Shown: piece after piece, positions 27,986 through 35,759 of the stretch
Layout of the letters: each line of letters opens with the position of its first letter
How positions within the stretch are numbered: position 1 is the first letter of the stretch
Origin: a virus
Taxonomy: Duplodnaviria; Caudoviricetes
DNA: 37,294 bases
IMG/VR virus record: IMGVR_UViG_3300015200_000007
Span: 1-37,294 of that record
Reading direction: 5' to 3' (one strand)
Position numbers and translations under genes: made by a program
The notes under the pieces: generated by a model
The model's database searches: none
What the model was told of the DNA's origin: nothing
What the model saw: the letters and a program-made list of their open reading frames with translations, nothing else

Positions 27986-28080
27986 TTGCCTAGCCTGGGA
28001 CTGGCCTCCGCTGTATGGTCACACACCATACTAGCTGCCAGCTTATTCAACATATTAGGCCGGCATCCCAGGCTAGACAA
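27986..28080 (-). ncRNA. Unassigned structured RNA / processing stem directly 5' of tRNA-Leu
   Basis: TTGTCTAGCCTGGGA / TCCCAGGCTAGGCAA 15-bp closing stem, GGCCT/AGGCC continuation, internal GTATGGT-GTGTG-ACCATAC hairpin. Confidence 0.55.
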
Positions 28081-28089
28081 ACTTAAGGT

Positions 28090-28458
28090 CTAGGCCGCCG
28101 CGCGGAAGCCGTCAACCTCGTTAGTCGGGCGACCGTTGTATTCGCCACGCTTAACGTGAACCATGATCTTGCGACCCTTCGTGTCCTCAAGATCGAACGT
28201 AGCGCCTACCGCGAACTCCGCGCCGAAAGACTTAACGAAGTCCGGCAGCAACGGCATGAACTTTTCGTTCATAACGCACTGCACAACCACGCCAGCGTTC
28301 GGTTCCTCGATAACCGAGAACTTGAAGAAACGGTTCATGGAACCGTCCTTCGCCGCGGCCTTCTCGATATAGTCAACGATCTCGCACAGAAACCAACCCG
28401 GATTCAAGAGCTTGGTCTTGTTGACATCGTCCTGCGAAACAGTGAACTTGGTTCCCAT
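28090..28458 (-). CDS. DUF669-like phage ssDNA-binding protein
   Basis: LLNPGWFLCEIVD.E....KDGS...F...; DTKGRKIMVHV...EYNGR..NEV. Lies downstream of the AAA_24 ATPase. Confidence 0.7.
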   Translation of the reverse strand: MGTKFTVSQDDVNKTKLLNPGWFLCEIVDYIEKAAAKDGSMNRFFKFSVIEEPNAGVVVQCVMNEKFMPLLPDFVKSFGAEFAVGATFDLEDTKGRKIMVHVKRGEYNGRPTNEVDGFRAAA

Positions 28459-28546
28459 AGTGTTTTTTGTCTCTTGTGTTAGTCGTTAGCAAGCATGAAA
28501 CGGTCATGCACCGCAGCGTGTTAACGGATGCGCTACCCCCGAGAAA

Positions 28547-28879
28547 CTAGTCGTAGTCCAGATCTATAGACTCGAAATGTTCTGGATTCCAGCACCGCTG
28601 TTCGTCACAGATTTCCGAGTTGCGTGAGACTTGTATGTGCTTAGAACCCAGCAATGGCATATCGTGGAAGATGTGCCAAGCTACCCGGTTAAGGCCAATC
28701 TGCCTTGGACCTTTCTCAGTATTGATTGTAGCATGTGGCTGGCCCTCACCGGACCCGGCTATAGCTCCGTTCCACATCCAGCATTCGTTAGCGTTCTCCG
28801 TGGTATGGAGTAACAATCGCTGCAACAATAGTTTTCGCGGGGTGTCCAAGTCCTGCCACGGAATGTCCTTGATCTTCAT
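28547..28879 (-). CDS. HNH/His-Me finger endonuclease-like protein, possibly degenerate
   Basis: ECWMWNGA...NRVAW...ICDEQRCWNPEHF. The usual His before the Cys pair is missing. Confidence 0.7.
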   Translation of the reverse strand: MKIKDIPWQDLDTPRKLLLQRLLLHTTENANECWMWNGAIAGSGEGQPHATINTEKGPRQIGLNRVAWHIFHDMPLLGSKHIQVSRNSEICDEQRCWNPEHFESIDLDYD

Positions 28880-29094
28880 TCGATTTCGGAATCGGGATCG
28901 TTAAAGACGACCGCCTTAATTGCCCACATGGCAGTCGTTTCATTGTTAGTAAGTGCCACGGATTGATGCCGCGAAACCGGGCAGACTTCACGAATCAAAC
29001 GCTCACCCTCAGAGAAGTGTGCGCGAAGTTTGTTTATCGCGTCGAGTCCAGCCGGGCTGGGCTTGTGATATGCGTAAGGCTTGTCGATAGGCAT
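28876..29094 (-). CDS. Acb2/Tad1-like helical-hairpin protein (candidate immune-signal sponge)
   Basis: YAYHKPS......LR.......I...CP.SRHQSVALTNNETTAMWAIKAV, GGAG SD. Confidence 0.75.
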   Translation of the reverse strand: MPIDKPYAYHKPSPAGLDAINKLRAHFSEGERLIREVCPVSRHQSVALTNNETTAMWAIKAVVFNDPDSEIE

Positions 29095-29109
29095 TAGAGG
29101 TCAATCTCC

Positions 29110-29910
29110 TTATAACTTAATGTAATCGAGCTCCTTGATCCAAAGATCATAGAGGCCCCGGTTAGTGAAGTCGAACTTCTCGGGTAGTTTAAGGCTAGTC
29201 CGGGCGAAATCGTCACCTGAATGTTTAGTATAGCACAGATACTTCGTAGCCCTGATGGCGTTTGTATCTCCGAAGTCCTGATTGGAATCGAAGTGATATA
29301 TTTCATCAAAGTATGCAGGCAACTTAGCTGCGATTTTCTTACCCGCAGTAATAAGCTGCCGAGAAGACTTGACCGATCCATCAAGCATGTTCTGTCTAGT
29401 CTGGACAACGTGTGCAATCATAATGAAGTTGCACTCCAGCTTAAACTTGGTTCCCTGCACTAGCCTGGTAAGGGCTGAAGTCTCCGCGTTGAAGTCTTCA
29501 ATGTCCGAGACTTGGATATTGCCAACGAACTTGAGCTTGTCCTTGGCTTTTTCCTTACCCTTAATGGCACCGATGTCAACCAGCATAGAATCAACACCAG
29601 TAGTAAGTGTGTCAATGATGATTGTATTACCTGGACGATTAAACGTCGGATCGTCGGTCCACTCAGCCAGGTCCAACATGCCATCGTTGTAGGTCTTATA
29701 CTGGAAGTATTCCAGGTTGTCGATGATATCCGGTCGCTTGCACGTTTCCTTGTAGAAATTGATGGCCGCACCAATCTTACCATCAAAGTCTATAACGCGG
29801 CATTTGCCCTTAGCCGCCCAAGACATAGCCGCGATAGACTTTCCAGTTCCGGGGTCTCCCTTGAATAGACCGTATATGCGTGTGTGTGGCACGTAGTCAG
29901 ATGCTTTCAC
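29110..29910 (-). CDS. AAA_24 / Sak4-like phage ATPase (ssDNA annealing/recombination)
   Basis: Walker A GDPGTGKS, IDFDG, Walker B IIIDTLT, IAH, PAYFDEIY, ART. Confidence 0.85.
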   Translation of the reverse strand: MKASDYVPHTRIYGLFKGDPGTGKSIAAMSWAAKGKCRVIDFDGKIGAAINFYKETCKRPDIIDNLEYFQYKTYNDGMLDLAEWTDDPTFNRPGNTIIIDTLTTGVDSMLVDIGAIKGKEKAKDKLKFVGNIQVSDIEDFNAETSALTRLVQGTKFKLECNFIMIAHVVQTRQNMLDGSVKSSRQLITAGKKIAAKLPAYFDEIYHFDSNQDFGDTNAIRATKYLCYTKHSGDDFARTSLKLPEKFDFTNRGLYDLWIKELDYIKL

Positions 29911-30257
29911 TTAGCGGCCTCGTGCTTGAGGAAGATTTTGATGTAGGATTCATACTGCTTCTGGGTCAGCTTGATCGTGGGATACGACATATTGCGTTGA
30001 AGAACCGAATCAAGGAAGCTGCGTTCCCAATCAGTGAACTGTGGCTTTGCATTAGAATCCATCCAGTTACGGAGGAAATCTTCCTCGGGTTCCGTAAGCA
30101 CTACGAAACTAACCGGGGTGGCCGGACCAGTAGAGAACGTAGTCTTCGGCTTGTTAGCTTCCTCGGTCGCGTTCTCGATAGCGTTGTCGATCTTAGTAGA
30201 AACGTTACGGAGTTCGTCTCTCAACCGGGCGAGTTCGTTTATCAGATCTGCCTTCAT
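29907..30257 (-). CDS. Hypothetical protein
   Basis: GGAGG SD before ATG 30257. TDWERSFLDSV...LTQKQ motif, seen in small phage proteins. Confidence 0.7.
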   Translation of the reverse strand: MKADLINELARLRDELRNVSTKIDNAIENATEEANKPKTTFSTGPATPVSFVVLTEPEEDFLRNWMDSNAKPQFTDWERSFLDSVLQRNMSYPTIKLTQKQYESYIKIFLKHEAAK

Positions 30258-30304
30258 CTTGCCTGTCCTCCAAGAATTCATAAAGGTCTACGATGGTTGT
30301 TTCC

Positions 30305-30616
30305 TTAGTCGAGAAGCATCTTAGTAATGTCTTCCACAACCAGCCTATGAACACGCTTAGCCGGTTTCTTACGGAGTTCGGGATTTCTTGGAGCAAGTGT
30401 GCATTCCTTACAATGTGGCTTGTGTGGAATTTTGCTGGACGAGTTCTTTTTGATTACGAAAACGTTCTCCTTACAACGATTGCAGAGAGATTCCTTACCT
30501 ACGATCATGTCCTCCGGGTAGTAAGTAAAACAACTAGGCAGAACACAGGCATAGACAATGTAGTCCTTGTCTTTACCGATTGTCCGCCTCTGGAACCGAT
30601 GGATGTGTTTCGCCAT
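30305..30616 (-). CDS. Cys/His-rich zinc-binding hypothetical protein
   Basis: HIH...CVLPSC...CNRC...CKEC. Start uncertain. Confidence 0.65.
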   Translation of the reverse strand: MAKHIHRFQRRTIGKDKDYIVYACVLPSCFTYYPEDMIVGKESLCNRCKENVFVIKKNSSSKIPHKPHCKECTLAPRNPELRKKPAKRVHRLVVEDITKMLLD

Positions 30617-30764
30617 TGGAATATAATCCCCAAGTTTTACCACACTGACTGCAAAAGACTCTAATGCTTGGTTCCTCTTTACGATAGTAAACTTCAAGCA
30701 TTGACTGGTCTTCGCACTTACAGTATGGACATTTGAAAACGATAGCTGGCGTAGCCGGCGTCAT
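30573..30764 (-). CDS. Small zinc-ribbon protein
   Basis: CPYC...CSQC, ATGA overlap with the nuclease stop. Confidence 0.65.
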   Translation of the reverse strand: MTPATPAIVFKCPYCKCEDQSMLEVYYRKEEPSIRVFCSQCGKTWGLYSNGETHPSVPEADNR

Positions 30765-31681
30765 GCTGACTGCACCAGTTCAGCCATGATAGCGTCTATT
30801 TCTACGTCACGAGTTTGCGGGGACCATTCAGGTTTCTCCGCAAAGAATTCAGCTTTCACGAAGTCGCGTGGCTTACCGGGGTCAGTCTTACAGATTTCAG
30901 CGTAGTTGCACGCGATTTGATATTGCCCGTCCGGCGTCATCTTGCAGGCCGTAAAGTTCTGAGGCCAGGTATTGTTCTTAAGAAAAAACGCGAGTTCTTG
31001 TGCTCTGTAGATTACGTTCTTGCGCCATTCCTCGATGATTTCATCAGTGTAGAGGAGAGTATGCCTTAAGAACCTATCGGCGGGTTTCTTGGTCTTCTGC
31101 ACTCCGACCTCATTCACTACGAAGTGCCGCATGTTCAGCGCCCAAGCATAGCCCTTGAACTGGTTAGCCAAAGCCAGACCAGCACCGTCGAGCTTACGGC
31201 CAGATTTCTTATGGTCAACTCCCAATAGACCACCAGGAGTATCAACAATAAGATCAACGATACCATCATATATGATGCGAAGGTTGTCTTCCTCTGACTC
31301 ATAGAGCTTCACCGCGAAGGGTTTCTCCACATGCATGGGAACCCAAATCTCGCCCTCATAGAACTTAAAGTATTCTACGGCATGAAAGAGAATGTCTTCG
31401 CTCTCATCTAGGGTTTGATTAAGTTTGATGGCATAAGTGCGTCCGAAGTTGCAAGATAGATCAATGCAACGAGAATAAGAAAGATCAGGACGCTCAATGC
31501 GTAGTGTATAAAACACCTTAAAAATCGCATGAAGCAGATCTCCCGATTCAAGTAGAGCAACCTTAGACGGATCTTGCATCTCGGCTTTGGGTCCGAGTCG
31601 CTGAATGAATGACAAGTTCATGCGATACGCACATGAACTTAGAGCATTCAGCATTTGTGAGTCTACGACTATGTTGTCCAT
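30761..31681 (-). CDS. PD-(D/E)XK (RecB/Cas4-like) exonuclease
   Basis: GDLLH, VEKPF, GIVDLI, VDHK, QFKGY. One N-terminal Cys and three C-terminal Cys, as in the Fe-S staple pattern. Confidence 0.85.
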   Translation of the reverse strand: MDNIVVDSQMLNALSSCAYRMNLSFIQRLGPKAEMQDPSKVALLESGDLLHAIFKVFYTLRIERPDLSYSRCIDLSCNFGRTYAIKLNQTLDESEDILFHAVEYFKFYEGEIWVPMHVEKPFAVKLYESEEDNLRIIYDGIVDLIVDTPGGLLGVDHKKSGRKLDGAGLALANQFKGYAWALNMRHFVVNEVGVQKTKKPADRFLRHTLLYTDEIIEEWRKNVIYRAQELAFFLKNNTWPQNFTACKMTPDGQYQIACNYAEICKTDPGKPRDFVKAEFFAEKPEWSPQTRDVEIDAIMAELVQSA

Positions 31682-31682
31682 G

Positions 31683-32231
31683 TTATTCGCTTATCTCAAT
31701 GATGCGCCCTTTGGGCGGTATTACTATTACTTTCTTGCCAGTGCGCTGAACTTGCGACCATGCGTATCGGATTGTTGCCCACGTTCCCGATCGCATGGTC
31801 ATCTCTTGTTCCTTAGGGCAGGCCAAAAGGATATCAGTCGCGTCAACGATATGCTTGTTACGGTCTAGATATTTCTGCGGGGCGACCTGTTCGTAACAGA
31901 TGCCATCCAGCAAGAAATCACCAACTAAGAACTCATGCTTACGTCCTAATGTGTAAGCCCGCTTCATTGGATTCAATGCTGGATGCACTACGATTCGAGG
32001 CTCTATGGTTTCCTTGTTAGCCAACAGAGTCTCGAAGTATTTCTCGGCTATTTTGTGCGCCTCTGCGTCAGCACCAGTGCAGTCTCCGTGGACGAAGGTA
32101 ATGCAACGATACATACGAAAGAACTGAACAAGATTAGCCTTTTGGTTCCACGACATACCCGATTGCGTGCCAGAGAAACCAATATTAGAATTAGCCGCGC
32201 CAGATTGGTTCCCGTTAAGTTCGTTGCTCAT
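31683..32231 (-). CDS. SLOG-superfamily (YspA/DprA-like) protein
   Basis: IGFSGT, VHGDCTGAD, RNKHIVD, SGTWATIRYA. Confidence 0.8.
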   Translation of the reverse strand: MSNELNGNQSGAANSNIGFSGTQSGMSWNQKANLVQFFRMYRCITFVHGDCTGADAEAHKIAEKYFETLLANKETIEPRIVVHPALNPMKRAYTLGRKHEFLVGDFLLDGICYEQVAPQKYLDRNKHIVDATDILLACPKEQEMTMRSGTWATIRYAWSQVQRTGKKVIVIPPKGRIIEISE

Positions 32232-32243
32232 TCGGTAAGTTCC

Positions 32244-32486
32244 TTAATGTGCGGTTCCTAACCGGGATTGCAAGTCACGAATGATAACCCGTAGCATTTC
32301 GTCCTCGACAAGAACAGCGATGTAGTTTGATTCCACATCAAAAGTTCCCGCCTTAAGTCTGATACCGATTTCAACTCTATGTCGGGGATCTCGCTCAGGC
32401 TTACTAATGCACAACTGATACTTGTCTCCGGTTGAGAGAATTACTCTTGTTTGCTCGGACTTGCCTAGCTTCGGTTTTTTCGCCAC
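32244..32486 (-). CDS. Hypothetical protein
   Basis: GTG start after a GAGGA SD, within ORF 32244-32513. Confidence 0.55.
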   Translation of the reverse strand: MAKKPKLGKSEQTRVILSTGDKYQLCISKPERDPRHRVEIGIRLKAGTFDVESNYIAVLVEDEMLRVIIRDLQSRLGTAH

Positions 32487-32670
32487 GGAAATCCTCAAAC
32501 GGATCAATACCAAAAAACTCGGCTAGTGCAACGTTCTGCACCATAGCCATAGAACAATGGAACCGCTGCGCCGTTTGTTCAACAGCCTTACGAATTGCCC
32601 GTTCCACGGATGCGGAAACCTGCTTGCGGTTCTTCAGTCTTGCCTGGATCTGTCGTTTCTTTGTCTTCAT
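32404..32670 (-). CDS. Small basic protein, ribbon-helix-helix-like regulator candidate
   Basis: RKQVSASV..AIRKAVEQTA.....SMAMV...AL gives a strand-helix-helix pattern. Confidence 0.55.
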   Translation of the reverse strand: MKTKKRQIQARLKNRKQVSASVERAIRKAVEQTAQRFHCSMAMVQNVALAEFFGIDPFEDFRGEKTEARQVRANKSNSLNRRQVSVVH

Positions 32671-32800
32671 GTCTTCCCTCAGGAAAGATTACTCTACCTG
32701 CACCGATGCACTCTGGGCAAACTAAAACGGCACGAATTGCTGAGTCATCGGGTAGTTCTGATGTTACGGACTTTCTACATTCCCAACAGTAATAACGCAT
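32588..32800 (-). CDS. Small zinc-finger protein
   Basis: CWEC...CPEC, GGAGG SD. Confidence 0.65.
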   Translation of the reverse strand: MRYYCWECRKSVTSELPDDSAIRAVLVCPECIGAGRVIFPEGRHEDKETTDPGKTEEPQAGFRIRGTGNS

Positions 32801-32888
32801 TTAGCCTCCAATAGAAGAAACAAAGCCCGTTGCCAGTCAAGCCTCAAGGATTAGAAGTTTAACCGGGCTTTGTTCCCTCTGTTCGCGG

Positions 32889-33083
32889 CTAGTTAACAGT
32901 CTTATTGACGAACTTATCGAGTTTGCTCCAAATCTTGTGAACGTCCTCGTGAAACTCATGCGAAATGTAACCACACTCAAGCATGAATTTCCACAGGGCA
33001 ATAGCCTCCGACTCAGTAAGAATGAACGGCTCACGAGGTAGCCGAGAAATTGTTTCGTAGTCTTCGGGTTCCATTAGAAGCAC
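32889..33083 (-). CDS. Hypothetical early protein
   Basis: ORF in the contiguous minus-strand gene run. The start is probably the ATG at 33074. Confidence 0.6.
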   Translation of the reverse strand: MLLMEPEDYETISRLPREPFILTESEAIALWKFMLECGYISHEFHEDVHKIWSKLDKFVNKTVN

Positions 33084-33277
33084 GTATCACACGTGCAATG
33101 ATTGTGTTTGCCAGACTTGCAGGTCAGCATAGCTTGATGCCTTGGTGCGAAGATATTGTGAAACTGCATACCTTCGCGCAATCTTGGATAGAAGTATGCC
33201 TTACAGTCTAGGCAGTTCGGGTCTAGCTGGCCGATGTTCTCTAGCTGTGCGATTGTTTCATCGATTGTTTTAGTCAT
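33074..33277 (-). CDS. Cys/His-rich hypothetical protein
   Basis: CLDC...H....C....HCTCDTCF, AAGGAG SD, ATGA overlap. Confidence 0.7.
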   Translation of the reverse strand: MTKTIDETIAQLENIGQLDPNCLDCKAYFYPRLREGMQFHNIFAPRHQAMLTCKSGKHNHCTCDTCF

Positions 33278-33519
33278 TTCTTTAGCTCCTTGAATTCCCG
33301 CAGAATGTCTTCGCCTTCCTTCATGTCCCTAATGCTACGGAACGATGCGGTATTGAAGATATACTCCGCAGTCTGTTGCAGCATTAGCAAGGATACGTCG
33401 CAGTCTTCATTGTTACAAGTTGCTTTGTGATGTTTGGCCGCACTAAGCAGATTGCCCATGAACATCAGTTCATTCATTTGGAATCTCGTTCTTTCTATAG
33501 CAAGTCTTGCACTTATCAC
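33274..33519 (-). CDS. Hypothetical protein (start uncertain)
   Basis: ORF in the contiguous run, HHKATC....C motif. Confidence 0.55.
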   Translation of the reverse strand: MISARLAIERTRFQMNELMFMGNLLSAAKHHKATCNNEDCDVSLLMLQQTAEYIFNTASFRSIRDMKEGEDILREFKELKK

Positions 33520-33706
33520 ACACTAGAAACTCGTCTGCCTGTCCTTTGTGCGAATAGCCTTTAAAGAAAGTCATTCGATCGCACACTGGACAAGCGAACC
33601 AACCCATACCAATGTAAAGATATGGGTTCGGCTCGATTCCTAATGCCTTCAGTTCATCTATTGTGTAGATGAAGTATTCGGACTTGCCGTGAGGTAGCTT
33701 GAACAT
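33470..33706 (-). CDS. Small zinc-ribbon protein
   Basis: CPVC...CDKC. Confidence 0.65.
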   Translation of the reverse strand: MFKLPHGKSEYFIYTIDELKALGIEPNPYLYIGMGWFACPVCDRMTFFKGYSHKGQADEFLVCDKCKTCYRKNEIPNE

Positions 33707-33708
33707 GA

Positions 33709-33843
33709 TTACCCGTTGTTAGTTTCCGCGTAATCAATGCGGAACTTCAGGAGCATATGCTTTTCAGCATAGGCCAAACATTCCGCCGCGGAATTGAACC
33801 AGTTAACGAAGTTGTCGTTACCGTCCCACATTGAATACCTCAT
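33709..33843 (-). CDS. 44-aa microprotein A (not in the ORF track)
   Basis: MRYSMWDGNDNFVNWFNSAAECLAYAEKHMLLKFRIDYAETNNG*. AGGAG SD and ATGA overlap. Confidence 0.7.
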   Translation of the reverse strand: MRYSMWDGNDNFVNWFNSAAECLAYAEKHMLLKFRIDYAETNNG

Positions 33844-34028
33844 TGTTTGTTCTCCTTCGCCTTAACGGTGGCCGCTCCGCCTTTTTGTCCCGCCTTACGA
33901 GCTTCCTCACTAGTCCACGTATGGGCGCGGCCCAAACGATGACCAGCTTTACCGCCTAGCCGAGCGATTTCGCGTTGCTTTTCAGGGTCCATACTGGCGA
34001 AACCCCGCGATTGTTTTTGCTTTGCCAT
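33840..34028 (-). CDS. KGG-repeat general stress protein (YciG/GsiB/Con-10-like); the frame extends upstream to 34181
   Basis: RGFASMDPEKQREIARLGG...HTWTSEEARKAGQKGG. Has its own GGAG SD before ATG 34028. Confidence 0.85.
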   Translation of the reverse strand: MAKQKQSRGFASMDPEKQREIARLGGKAGHRLGRAHTWTSEEARKAGQKGGAATVKAKENKQ

Positions 34029-34165
34029 AAGGGTTGTTCTCCAGTCTTGGAATGCTTCCGAAGCGATCATGATTTCGGAAGGAAGAATGATTTCTTTCCT
34101 AATGCTTTCCAATTTCAACCGGGCGTTCCATCCGGCCAGGAAAATCTGAAAGTCTTTGTGTGCCT

Positions 34166-35734
34166 TTATGCCAATGCCCATTTCTTACCGCCACGAATCT
34201 GAGTGATAGATGAGACTAGATCTTTGATGATACTGGTTTCGTCCCATTTGACTTGACCGGAATCACCGTATGTTTCCTTGCACCACTGACGTTTCTTCTC
34301 GACGAGTTCCGTGAAGAATTCGTCGATAGTTCCCAATGCAATAGGGTAGTCAACGTCAACTGGGTTGTCTTGCCCTATGCGGTGCAGGCGCTTCTCAGCT
34401 TGTTCTTCATTGGCTGGATTCCACTGACGTTCCATGACAATCATACGGTTACAAACTTCCTGTAGACCATCGATACCTTCGCCACTGGAAAGCGTGCCGA
34501 GAATCAAGACACGTTCGGAACCGTTAATGAATTGCTGCTTGATCTTGTCACGCTTGTCCGAGTTATCAGACTCGGTAATGGCTAGGTATTTGACCTGCGC
34601 GGCGTCGAATGCCCTAAACATTAAATCGCGGGCGATGTGATGATGCAGGAAGATGATGACCTTCTGATCTGTATTCTCCAGAATCTCCTGCACGTATTCC
34701 ACAGTAGAAGCAACCTTCGATACGCCGGTAATCTGGCGCATCTTAGTGATATATGCAATAACCGCGCTGTAGTTCTGGAATGAATACGCGCCGTCCTCAT
34801 GTTCATCCATGAAGTCTTGCAGTTCTTTCACCTGCTTGTTGTAGGCATCCCGCATGACCTTATCAATGTCGAAGTATTGGAAGTTACGCTTCAACGCTGG
34901 TAGGTCAGGCAAGACTTCTTTCTGCTCATACCTGATAATGAAGTCCTTAGTTCGCTGGCGGAAATATTCGGGATCTTGCAAGCCACCGACCGCGAAAGCC
35001 CGGCCATTCCAGTAAGTGTCTACAAAGTTGTGGTAGTAGTATTCCTTGCTTGGGAACCGCTCAGGCTTCAGTAGATTGAGAATCGTGAAGTATTCACCTG
35101 CATGATTCTTAATCGGCGTGCCGGAAAGGCCGATAATGTGCTTCGCGTTCCTACAGATATGACGAACCTTGTCTGTGCGGGCACTGGATGTGGACTTGAT
35201 GTGCTGAACTTCATCGAGTATAACGGTAGTAAACTGTCTCTCGAAGAAACTTTCAGGCATACGCCTGAGAAGATCATAGGAGATGATGTAGAGGTGCATG
35301 TTTGGGAGTATGAAATCCCTAGATGTCTCAATGATTTGTGGGAAAACATCACCCGGCAACCAATCGCATGACTGTTTCATCCACTGAATAGCCAGGTTGC
35401 CCTTACAAACAACTAAGGCCGGAAGCATACTAGCAGCTTTCGCTAGCGCGCATAGAGCACAAACAGTCTTGCCTAGACCTTGCTCGTGTGCGATAAGGCA
35501 GCGGCCTCCCGCGGCGAAAATAAACTCGATAGTAACGTTCTGAAACGGGAACGGAGTCTTGCCAGACTTCGACTTGAATTCGGGTAAGGATGCTGGCGGT
35601 TCCTTAACCAGTATCTTCGCCTGCTTCATGACATGACCGCAGCGGAGCTTAATCAGAGTCTCCTTCGAGAGATGAATCTGACTAACCTCAACTGCGATCT
35701 TATCACATACAGGGCATTTGATGTGCTCTGTCAT
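34166..35734 (-). CDS. SNF2-family (SF2) helicase/ATPase with N-terminal zinc finger
   Basis: AHEQGLGKT, ILDEVQ, LSGTP, GEGIDGLQ, WNPANEEQAEKRLHRIGQ. N-terminal CPVC...CGH. Confidence 0.92.
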   Translation of the reverse strand: MTEHIKCPVCDKIAVEVSQIHLSKETLIKLRCGHVMKQAKILVKEPPASLPEFKSKSGKTPFPFQNVTIEFIFAAGGRCLIAHEQGLGKTVCALCALAKAASMLPALVVCKGNLAIQWMKQSCDWLPGDVFPQIIETSRDFILPNMHLYIISYDLLRRMPESFFERQFTTVILDEVQHIKSTSSARTDKVRHICRNAKHIIGLSGTPIKNHAGEYFTILNLLKPERFPSKEYYYHNFVDTYWNGRAFAVGGLQDPEYFRQRTKDFIIRYEQKEVLPDLPALKRNFQYFDIDKVMRDAYNKQVKELQDFMDEHEDGAYSFQNYSAVIAYITKMRQITGVSKVASTVEYVQEILENTDQKVIIFLHHHIARDLMFRAFDAAQVKYLAITESDNSDKRDKIKQQFINGSERVLILGTLSSGEGIDGLQEVCNRMIVMERQWNPANEEQAEKRLHRIGQDNPVDVDYPIALGTIDEFFTELVEKKRQWCKETYGDSGQVKWDETSIIKDLVSSITQIRGGKKWALA

Positions 35735-35759
35735 ATTGTTTTAGTTTCTTGCCGGGCTT

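Noticed and set aside
27877-28080. N-terminal extension of the 239-aa ORF 27361-28080
   Set aside because: It runs through the tRNA and the structured RNA. A good SD and ATG exist at 27876.
27986-28080. Twister or hammerhead ribozyme
   Set aside because: CCUAA...GCGGAG is suggestive, but the twister P2/P4 and pseudoknot pairings and the hammerhead CUGAnGA/GAAA core cannot be built.
790-32867. CRISPR array or tandem repeat explanation for the recurring motif
   Set aside because: The copies are only 8 bp, dispersed, irregularly spaced and mostly intragenic. The PD-(D/E)XK gene is a stand-alone phage nuclease with no cas context.
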